NCBI GenBank assembly: GCA_049320885.1
Contig: JBMORA010000053.1
Coordinates: 1-56,813 of the forward strand
Direction of reading: 5' to 3'
Length of the DNA: 56,813 nucleotides
Source: Thermodesulfobacteriota bacterium
GTDB lineage: Bacteria > Desulfobacterota > Desulfobacteria > Desulfobacterales > SURF-7
A program made the translations under genes and the position numbers. The notes beneath the pieces were generated by a model. The model saw nothing but the letters and a program-made list of their open reading frames with translations, ran no database searches and was not told where the DNA came from. Positions 49,266 to 56,813 of the stretch are shown here, piece by piece (the first letter of the stretch is position 1; each line of letters begins with the position of its first letter).

Positions 49266-50243
49266 CTACGCTGCCTGGCCGAAAACCGTGCGGATCAGGT
49301 AGGCCGTATAGCCCACGTAACAGGCCAGCAGCATCGTGCCCTCGATGCGGTTGATACGACCCGGGGCCCGGAACCCGTAGCCGATGACGAACAGCGACAG
49401 GGTCAGCGCGGCCATCACCAGCATGTCCCGGTTGAAGACCTCCGGACCGACGGCCAGAGGGCGAATCGCACCGGCGATACCCACTACCGCCAGGGTGTTG
49501 AACAGGTTGGAACCCAGCACGTTGCCCAAGGCGATGTCATGTTCCCCCCTGCGGGTAGCGATAATTGACGAGGCCAACTCCGGCAGCGAGGTGCCCACCG
49601 CCACGATGGTCAGACCGATGATCAGGTCGCTGACCCCGAAACCATGAGCAATTTTAACCGCGCCCCAGACCAGGATGCGGGAACTCACGATGAGCAGCAC
49701 CAGACCTGCCACCAGCCAGAAGGCCGCTCGGCGGATGGGCATGGCGTGAACTTCCAGTTCCTGCGCCATTTCGCTTCCCAGCGTATCCTCTTTTTTTCGC
49801 AGCCCCTGCCAGATGGTCCAGGCCAACAGACCGCCGAACACGGTCAGCAGCACCACGGCATCGAGCCGGGTGATCTTCCCATCCCGGAGTTGCCATGCCG
49901 CCAGGGCGGTGACCATCGTGAGGATCGGCAGTTCCTTGCGCAAGACCTGCGAATGCACTGCAATCGGGCTGATAAGCGCGGTGAGCCCCAGGATCAGGGC
50001 AATGTTGGTGATATTCGAGCCGTAGGCGTTGCCCAGAGCAATGCCCGGATTGCCCTGCGAGGCGGCTATGGCCGAAACCAGCATTTCCGGCGTCGAAGTG
50101 CCGAACCCGACGATCACCATGCCGATCAGCAGCGGCGGCATGCCGAAATGCCGGGCAGTGGAGGCCGAGCCCTCCACAAAACGGTCCGCGCTCCAGACGA
50201 GAAGCGCCAAACCAAAGATTACAGCGATAAAGGCAAGTGTCAT
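49266..50243 (-). CDS. Ca2+/Na+ antiporter, YrbG family
   Basis: Two alpha repeats GTSTPE..GN.YGSN and GTSLPE..GN.LGSN. Confidence 0.92.
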   Translation of the reverse strand: MTLAFIAVIFGLALLVWSADRFVEGSASTARHFGMPPLLIGMVIVGFGTSTPEMLVSAIAASQGNPGIALGNAYGSNITNIALILGLTALISPIAVHSQVLRKELPILTMVTALAAWQLRDGKITRLDAVVLLTVFGGLLAWTIWQGLRKKEDTLGSEMAQELEVHAMPIRRAAFWLVAGLVLLIVSSRILVWGAVKIAHGFGVSDLIIGLTIVAVGTSLPELASSIIATRRGEHDIALGNVLGSNLFNTLAVVGIAGAIRPLAVGPEVFNRDMLVMAALTLSLFVIGYGFRAPGRINRIEGTMLLACYVGYTAYLIRTVFGQAA

Positions 50244-51166
50244 ACGGCACCTTTTTGTCCGGTAAGACTTCTGATCAGCTTTGCGACATAATCCCGCAGG
50301 TGGTTGTACCACGCCTTCAACTTGTTTTTGATGGTGGCCAGCAGGTTTTCTTGGGTTTCCTCGACGGAAAGGGCCTTGCCTTGAATCTGCAGGTTTATTC
50401 TTTCGGCCCGGAGAGCCGGATCGGGATGGCTGGAAAGGAAGGAATGGCCGCTGCCCAGGCCGGCAAGTTTGTTCAGGGCCGCAACCGCAGACTCCGGCGC
50501 ATGACCCTGCACCTTGAGGAAGGACAGGCCATAGTCATCGGCCACCTTTTCCTCGAGTTGCGAGAATTGCGCCCTCATAAACCTTTCGACCAGTCCTCCC
50601 AGTTGGGAGCGGGCAATATCGGCCGTTTCGCCCTGTTGGGCCGCTATGCCCTTGCGCACGGCGCTGGCGGCATAGGCTATGCGCAACTGTTTGCGGCTAT
50701 GCTGTTTTACGATATGCCCCATTTCATGGCCGATCACAAATCGCAGCTCGCCATCATCGAGCATATCCATCAGGCCGCTGAAGATCCGGATAGAACCGTC
50801 CGCCATGGCAAAGGCGTTCACTTCGTCGTGCAAATACACCTTGTAATTGAAGATGTAGCCATCCTGCTCATGCAGATCGCCAACCAAGGCCCGTAAGCGT
50901 TTGGCATAGTGATTCTCGGCCGGAGCAACCGGCTGCCTGCTGTCCATGAGGACCGATGATTTCCTGGCCAGTTCCGCCACCGCCTGGTCGGAAAGGGTGA
51001 TCGCTTTATAGGCATCGATCCCTGCCTCGGTGGCCAGTTGCATGTCGGTATTCTCACAGCCGGCAAAAATCGCGGCCAACCAGGCCAGCAGCAGGAGATG
51101 AAAAAGACGCCTGCGCCAAACCAGCAGGGCAGGGCCGCATGCAACGGAAGCAGAGATGCGTTTCAT
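50240..51166 (-). CDS. M48 metallopeptidase lipoprotein (LoiP-like)
   Basis: FAGC lipobox, VNAFAMADG, GHEMGH, SSHP. Confidence 0.9.
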   Translation of the reverse strand: MKRISASVACGPALLVWRRRLFHLLLLAWLAAIFAGCENTDMQLATEAGIDAYKAITLSDQAVAELARKSSVLMDSRQPVAPAENHYAKRLRALVGDLHEQDGYIFNYKVYLHDEVNAFAMADGSIRIFSGLMDMLDDGELRFVIGHEMGHIVKQHSRKQLRIAYAASAVRKGIAAQQGETADIARSQLGGLVERFMRAQFSQLEEKVADDYGLSFLKVQGHAPESAVAALNKLAGLGSGHSFLSSHPDPALRAERINLQIQGKALSVEETQENLLATIKNKLKAWYNHLRDYVAKLIRSLTGQKGAV

Positions 51167-51259
51167 GTCGATGCCGATATGGCGGCTGAACCTCGACTTG
51201 ATAAGTTCCGGCATTTTTACAATCACCATAACCGTGAACCTCGTTTTTTCATTGCTGCA

Positions 51260-51383
51260 GATATAGACGTAATGGAAGAGTGGTTCAAGCATTTTTTCCG
51301 GCTACTGAATTTGAATTGTTTGTTTTTCGATCGAGAAGAAGGCGTTGTGAACGCTAAAACGGAAAGGCCCGGCTTCGCACTGG
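51260..51383 (-). repeat. Degenerate copy of the GIY-YIG 5' end and leader (direct repeat of 55672..55789)
   Basis: About 113/119 identical by manual comparison; encodes MLEPLFHYVYI. Confidence 0.9.
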
Positions 51384-51503
51384 AAAAGATCTCATGTTTT
51401 GAAAAAATTGGGTCTGTTGTACAAAAAGAAAATCAAAACCGGGTTTCAATTGAGTTTTTCCGTCTTCCCAAACACTACCACCATCTATCGCACATAGAAA
51501 ATG

Positions 51504-51532
51504 TTGACACGCAATCAACTTGTGCCTATATT
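51504..51532 (+). promoter_or_regulatory. sigma70 promoter of the large orphan gene
   Basis: TTGACA-17 nt-TATATT. Confidence 0.7.
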
Positions 51533-51620
51533 ATTTTTCAAAAAAAGCAAGGTCTTATACTTATCTTTCGAAAGTTGAGCCTTGAGGTAAGCCTCTATAA
51601 TGAAAATTTATGGGGGAAAA

Positions 51621-54600
51621 ATGAACCGCAAAAGAACAAACGTCACCGACAAGATTACCGGCTCGATTTTAAGTGTCGTGCTTCATCTTGTGGCGCTGTC
51701 GCTTTTGATACAGATCCCACTTTTCCCCGACATTTCTAATTCCCCGAACGAAAAAAAAGCGTTGCGTCCCCATCCGTCTGGAGGAACTGTTTCGTCATCA
51801 AAAACCCGTTTGTCGTCTCCATCAGTCTCCGTGCCTTTTTTTTCTGAGCTGCCGCTTTCCTGGGGATCACCCGTCTTTGCCAGGGAAAAGCTAGGGCCTG
51901 AGATCGTGACCCTGCGGGGCAAGATGCTTAACGTCCATGCAGATCATTCCTCTTTTTCCCTGCATCCTCCTGAATTTGTGCCCTATATACCTCCAGCCGT
52001 GAACGAGTTGGCCATTGATTTCGACCAGGATGTTCTTAACCGAAGCAAGCCCGCCGATTATACCAGGGAGGAACTGGATCTCCGTAAACGTCTCTTTTAT
52101 CGTTCCCTGGTCGAAGACCTGAGAGATTGCCGCATGGATCAAATTCCCCTTGAAGAGGCGTTGCTGAGACTGAGTTATCTCCGCCTGCAGGATCAACTTT
52201 TGAACCAGAAACAAAAACCGGATTTCAGCTATGATGAGGTTCGAGATTTATTGCGCCGCAAACTTGCGGCTGTCAGGCGCGAGGTGAATGCGGCCGGCCC
52301 TGATGCCTGGCCGGTCTCCCTGCTTCTATCCTATCGCAAGGACAAGATATATGAAGAGAAGCGGGGGCACTCCCTGTATAATTCAATATGGTATGATATT
52401 TACAACTGCCGAACCGGAACCGAGGAGCTGTTAATCTACTTCAGCCGCTATCATCCGGAGTTGGAGCTGGCAACTGTGCGCGGCAGTGTTCTCAAATACG
52501 ATGGTACCATCTTGGGGCACATGGATCCTGCTGTTAAGATCGACGGCAGATGGATGGTGTTTAAAACAGTTTCAATGGATACTGCCCTCGTGGAGGAATA
52601 CAAAACAGGAGAACTCTATAGGCTGGAAAAAATCGTGCTTGATTATCTCCCTGAATTGGATAACGATTTTTGCCGCATAGCCATGCCGCTTGCCCGAAAT
52701 GGTGAAACGCTTGATGGTGACCATGATTTGTATACGAAGAGCGATCATCAACTGGCAGTAAAAGATAAAGTTTCGCCAATCCTTCTTTGGCGGGAGAATA
52801 CACCATACACAGGACCTTTCAGGGTAATGGGCAGGGAAGACCGTATTCTCCACGATATGATTGTTCGCTACCATCCTTTAAGCGATGAACGGCGGCTGCT
52901 GAACGAAGATGACCCGTTTGCCGATCTGCTTTTTCATCTTTTGATGACCCCGCCAGGTGAACGACAGTCCTTGCTGGATCTTTATCTGCGAAAACGGGTC
53001 ACCATTTATCCAGTTAAGTTTAAAAGGCCGCTCCGTCTGGCTGCATATCTTCCGGGATATGGCGATCTTCTTACTACCCTGGAGCAACGATCGATGGGAA
53101 CAGTGGAGATCTCCCCCGGTAATCTGATGCCCTTGTCGTATTTTGTCGGCCATGATGAGTATCTTAGATTGAATCGTAAACGGATGGCGGAACTTACCCA
53201 TAAACCTTTAATCCCCGCTAAACAGCTGTTGCCCGATAAGGTAAAAGCCATTCTGTTCTGGGCACCCCCCAAGGGGATTAGCGCTATTTTTCCACCGCCG
53301 TTGAAATATTCCGATATTATTGCCGGGCTTCTTGAGGATCAGTACGACCTTGCCGTTCCCTTGGAGATGGAGCGGGCTTCCCGTATAAACAATACCTCCG
53401 CACGTAAAATTTCCATTCAAATGGCAAAAGTTATCGATGCACACTCCGGGGGACCGGACGCGCTTGAAAAGCGGATCACCCTGCTGCGGACAGTACTGGC
53501 TCATAAGTCGGTGGATTTTACTGAAGGAAAAGTGCGGGCACGCCATGAAATACCCAGCGGCCTTTCCTTTGAGAATACCGTGACCCAGGGTGGTAGAAAC
53601 GGGCTTTCTCCTGGATTTATCAAGGATATGATTGACCTGCTTGGAGAAACGGAAGCGGTTCAACTTTTTGACCGATATCTTCAGCCTGTTTTTACAGCCC
53701 AATCAGGTACTGATAAGATGATAGTACTGAGCCGGCAGAGAACGGCTGAGATGTTGGGCTATTTTGACAGGTATCTTCTCGGACAAAAAAGCCGGGAGAA
53801 GCTTGTTCAGACCGCCTGGTATCTTTATAAGGACCAGCCTGATCTGGCAATCCGGACCGGGGCGGCACAATTTCTTGTAAGCCAGAGGAAACTTGAACCT
53901 GCTCAGGCAACAGAGGTTTACGGCGCTTATCTGGAACAAGCGCCATTTGATGTGCAAGAGCTCAGCTCCTTGCTGGCGACAGGGTTAGACAAGAAGCTGG
54001 CAGCTATCCATCTCCAAAAAACAATAACCAACGTTTCCCTTTCAGGGCTGAACAGATGGGACCAACGCAGGCTGGGAAATGATAAAACCCCGCCGGAACT
54101 GCTCGCGCTTGATGAACTGATGCGTGCCGGCAGAATGCTTCACGATGATCAGGCACTCAGAAATATCGCCAAAAAACACAACGACCTACTCGAGGATGTG
54201 TTCAAAGCGGGTATTTTGGATGGGAAACAGGATATCCCACATTATGCCAATGGGCTGAATACCCTGTCCGCCCTGGCACGAAGCGGCATATTTCCGGATA
54301 AAACCGTCTTTTCACATTTTGTGGCGTTTGGAGCCAATGATCCGGCAGCTTTTCTTTTTGCAAAACTGATGAGCGACTGGCTGGGACAGGATCACTATCG
54401 GGGCCTGCTTGCTGCGAAAGTTGCCTCTGAAAAAAATGTTTTTAATATAGCTCTGAAATCTCTTGCCATTGCTCGTGCCAGACTAGAGCCCACTCAAATG
54501 GCATTAAACACTTTACCCCGTTATGACCTGATGGCTGAATATAAGACAAGCCTGAATACATTGTCCGCTAAAGCGGCGGCAATTACTTTTCTAAATGGTC

Positions 54601-55415
54601 TGCAGCTCCTTGAAGGGCAGACCGGAACAGCACATCGCCTTCAATCAGATTTGCTGCGGGAACTGTTTGACCAGATTGAGTTTCAAGAAATATTTTCTAA
54701 AACCTACGGAGCTGAGATTGCTGCGGTTCGTGACGAGTGTCTGCTCGATGAACACTTGTTCCGAGCGGTTGAGTTTGCCGGCCTGTTTACTCAAAAAAAC
54801 GGCAAAAAAGGGGATCAAGAGATAAATCATGCCCCTACCATTCGCACGGAGGGGTCGTTCCATGCGCCATGCGGCCCCATGGCAAGGATAATCGACCTGC
54901 GCAATAAACCCAATAATGTTCTTTTTACAAAGGCCGATATTTATTTCAACAGCCTTATGGATTCCGGCAATCGCCCCAAAGACGTGGCAAAGGCGCTTTC
55001 CCGGGAGCGTGAATTGCGAAAAATTCTAAGTAAACAATCACTTACGCCTGAAATCGACAGAGAACTGGAAGATACCGAAGCTTTTTTTCAGGACCTTGTA
55101 ACGAGCAGTTTCTGTGACATCAAACGAATTTATCTCCTTGAAAAGCTTTTACGACGCGCCGTATTGCCGGAAAAACTGCCGGATTGGATGCTCACGCTCG
55201 TCCGGGACAGCTACATACATGAAAAGAAATATCTGACCAGGATCAATGAAGCAGGTGGGGTCAGCGCGATTTTTAGAGACTATCGGACACTGTCTCAAAC
55301 AAGTTTCAGGCAAAAATGGGGCGAACACCCTTTTTCCATCCGCAATCTCTATGGCACCCTGGTCCTGGTGAAGATGGGACTTCTCAAAATGAACGAACAA
55401 GGGGAACTTGAATAG
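51621..55415 (+). CDS. Large (~1264 aa) membrane-anchored orphan protein, possible transglutaminase-like domain (start may be 51600)
   Basis: Single N-terminal hydrophobic helix SILSVVLHLVALSLL; YNC..GH....V.IDGRW segment; mostly helical remainder. Confidence 0.8.
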   Translation: MNRKRTNVTDKITGSILSVVLHLVALSLLIQIPLFPDISNSPNEKKALRPHPSGGTVSSSKTRLSSPSVSVPFFSELPLSWGSPVFAREKLGPEIVTLRGKMLNVHADHSSFSLHPPEFVPYIPPAVNELAIDFDQDVLNRSKPADYTREELDLRKRLFYRSLVEDLRDCRMDQIPLEEALLRLSYLRLQDQLLNQKQKPDFSYDEVRDLLRRKLAAVRREVNAAGPDAWPVSLLLSYRKDKIYEEKRGHSLYNSIWYDIYNCRTGTEELLIYFSRYHPELELATVRGSVLKYDGTILGHMDPAVKIDGRWMVFKTVSMDTALVEEYKTGELYRLEKIVLDYLPELDNDFCRIAMPLARNGETLDGDHDLYTKSDHQLAVKDKVSPILLWRENTPYTGPFRVMGREDRILHDMIVRYHPLSDERRLLNEDDPFADLLFHLLMTPPGERQSLLDLYLRKRVTIYPVKFKRPLRLAAYLPGYGDLLTTLEQRSMGTVEISPGNLMPLSYFVGHDEYLRLNRKRMAELTHKPLIPAKQLLPDKVKAILFWAPPKGISAIFPPPLKYSDIIAGLLEDQYDLAVPLEMERASRINNTSARKISIQMAKVIDAHSGGPDALEKRITLLRTVLAHKSVDFTEGKVRARHEIPSGLSFENTVTQGGRNGLSPGFIKDMIDLLGETEAVQLFDRYLQPVFTAQSGTDKMIVLSRQRTAEMLGYFDRYLLGQKSREKLVQTAWYLYKDQPDLAIRTGAAQFLVSQRKLEPAQATEVYGAYLEQAPFDVQELSSLLATGLDKKLAAIHLQKTITNVSLSGLNRWDQRRLGNDKTPPELLALDELMRAGRMLHDDQALRNIAKKHNDLLEDVFKAGILDGKQDIPHYANGLNTLSALARSGIFPDKTVFSHFVAFGANDPAAFLFAKLMSDWLGQDHYRGLLAAKVASEKNVFNIALKSLAIARARLEPTQMALNTLPRYDLMAEYKTSLNTLSAKAAAITFLNGLQLLEGQTGTAHRLQSDLLRELFDQIEFQEIFSKTYGAEIAAVRDECLLDEHLFRAVEFAGLFTQKNGKKGDQEINHAPTIRTEGSFHAPCGPMARIIDLRNKPNNVLFTKADIYFNSLMDSGNRPKDVAKALSRERELRKILSKQSLTPEIDRELEDTEAFFQDLVTSSFCDIKRIYLLEKLLRRAVLPEKLPDWMLTLVRDSYIHEKKYLTRINEAGGVSAIFRDYRTLSQTSFRQKWGEHPFSIRNLYGTLVLVKMGLLKMNEQGELE

Positions 55416-55449
55416 GCTTCCATTCTGGAAAGAAAGCACCACGACGGCA

Positions 55450-55704
55450 TTAAAAATGTTTTGAAGCAAATGCCCGGCCGGAGTGGCTTTTCAGGTATTT
55501 TTCAAAGGCGAGGGCCTTTTCCCGGCTGCGGAAGGCGATGGCGGTTTCAATTTGCCAGGGTTTGTATTTGGCTGTGTGGGGTACTTGTCCGGAATTATGG
55601 GATTGAAGGCGGTTTTCGAGGTTGCCGGTGAGACCGGTGTAGTGGCGGGAGGGGGCGGCTTTGCTGGTGAGGATATAGACGTAATGGAAGAGTGGTTCAG
55701 CCAT
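55450..55704 (-). CDS. Stand-alone GIY-YIG nuclease
   Basis: YVYIL..YTG.T.NL..RL..HN.G..HT.KYKPW..A..FEKYLKS.SGRAF. Confidence 0.92.
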   Translation of the reverse strand: MAEPLFHYVYILTSKAAPSRHYTGLTGNLENRLQSHNSGQVPHTAKYKPWQIETAIAFRSREKALAFEKYLKSHSGRAFASKHF

Positions 55705-55789
55705 TTTTTCCGGCTACTGATTTTGAATTGTTTGTTTTTCGATCGAGAAGAATGCGTTGTGAAGCTAAAACGGTAAGGCCCGGCTTCGC
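55672..55789. repeat. Direct-repeat copy 2 (GIY-YIG start and leader)
   Basis: Matches 51260..51378. Confidence 0.9.
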
Positions 55790-55891
55790 CCTGTCGGGCT
55801 ACGCCGTGGCAGTCTTCCCCTGCGGGTTCGCCTTGTCAAGTGCTTGCCAAGGCGAAGTTCTGAAAAGCAGGGCTTTTCAGAACGAAGACTG
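55782..55891. other. Structured palindromic element (four-way junction) upstream of GIY-YIG
   Basis: Outer stem CAGTCTTC/GAAGACTG encloses CCC/GGG, a 14-bp stem with one mismatch and the perfect 12-bp stem GTTCTGAAAAGC/GCTTTTCAGAAC. Confidence 0.8.
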
Positions 55892-55958
55892 GGCGGCGTC
55901 CATTGAACTGATTAATAAAATATTGAATATATAGTTAAAAAAATAACATAAAATAAAT

Positions 55959-55980
55959 AATACCCCCAAAAATACCCCCA
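55959..55980. repeat. AATACCCCCA direct repeat (12-bp period), resembling integrase arm-type sites
   Basis: AATACCCCCA-AA-AATACCCCCA in a very AT-rich tract. Confidence 0.6.
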
Positions 55981-56435
55981 TAAAAATTCGTGACCAGCAA
56001 ATTGATACCGTCAACCCCGCCAGAAAACCACATGAATTTCGTTGCCACATTTTTTTCAAAATGCCCAGCTCACCCACTGCAAAAACCACAAAAAGCCTTT
56101 GCCGAATTGTTTCCGGCCAATCATTTTTTTGATTATTACCGGCTGCTACAGCTACACCTGCTACAGTTGCTACGCTCAAAGCCTGGAAGGTGATCCGATC
56201 AGATGACCGATCATTTTCCAGGGGAATCGGTTGTCACTTGTAACAGGACTTGTCGATGCATGAATAGTAAGGGGATGGTAATTCTATTGACAATCCCTGC
56301 TCTTTTTTATACTTTTTTAAGCCAAATGCGGTCAGCTTCAGTCGTTTGATAGTTAGAATACTGTCCTCTTGCACCAGCAACTCAGGCTCGAATTGGAATT
56401 ACCCTAAAAAAATCAATGCCAGCAAAACAGACAAT

Positions 56436-56720
56436 ATGGGGGCCTTCTTGGGAAATGATTTTTCTAACAAAATGAAAAAAATTCTTCAGGAAATTTCAGA
56501 ATCAAAGAGGATCGATGTTTATTTTTTTGCGGGACCTATTTACCAGCCATATGATAATCTATTTGCTCAATCCTGCAAGGAACCTAAAAACAAAAACGCT
56601 ATGTTGATGATTGCCACTCGTGGAGGCGATTCAAATGTGGCTTATAGAATAGCCAGGCAGCTTCAAAGGTGTTATGAGTCCTACACTACAAGTCATCTCA
56701 AAATAATCGTAACAGTATAA
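56436..56720 (+). pseudogene. Truncated SDH/ClpP-fold serine protease-like gene
   Basis: LMIATRGGDSNVAYRIARQLQ matches the N-terminal half; stops before the expected KSAGT catalytic motif. Confidence 0.55.
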
Positions 56721-56813
56721 TCGAGCAACCAAGATGGAGTAACCCGAGAAAATTTTCAACATGATACTCGTATCTTACAACCAAACGCCTGAAATTCTGG
56801 AGCCAGGCAAACA

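Noticed and set aside
51167..51292. N-terminal extension of the M48 peptidase ORF (MLEPLFHYVYI...)
   Set aside because: It is the GIY-YIG remnant that happens to be in frame; the lipoprotein signal fits a start near 51166
55810..55892. Cloverleaf-like structure read as a tRNA
   Set aside because: No T-loop or D-loop consensus, and arm lengths do not fit a tRNA
56287..56313. TTGACA..TATACT promoter-like pair
   Set aside because: Spacer is only 15 nt
1..56813. CRISPR array, rRNA, intact tRNA, transposase or integrase, selenocysteine read-through
   Set aside because: No regularly spaced repeats or matching motifs seen by eye; redox ORFs are complete without an internal TGA

Overview
A ~57 kb chromosomal segment whose gene content (HdrA/MvhD, Orp-like cluster, rubredoxin, hemerythrin, sigma54 regulation, glycyl radical enzyme) points to an anaerobic Desulfobacterota-like bacterium; the taxonomy is inferred. 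Left to right: the end of an Fe-S/HdrA-MvhD redox operon; an Orp/NifX-type Fe-S/Mo cofactor cluster whose promoter is overlapped by a perfect 38-bp palindrome; an ABC/LolA-like/beta-barrel operon; a sigma54 activator with two candidate target promoters sharing a 52-bp upstream element (one before an LpxR-like gene, one before a small ORF plus RND efflux genes), with a truncated DUF3141 gene and a DAC-like gene between them; several small ORFs; redox and stress genes; murJ-ftsB followed by a REC-DUF4388/roadblock module; a LiuR-like regulator; a TetR-regulated glycyl radical enzyme with an N-terminal SCP2-like extension and its activase; and at the right end a large orphan protein flanked by ~119-bp direct repeats derived from a GIY-YIG element that has a four-way-junction palindrome next to a probable genomic-island boundary. 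No rRNA, intact tRNA or CRISPR array was seen. All family calls come from motif recognition, not database searches.
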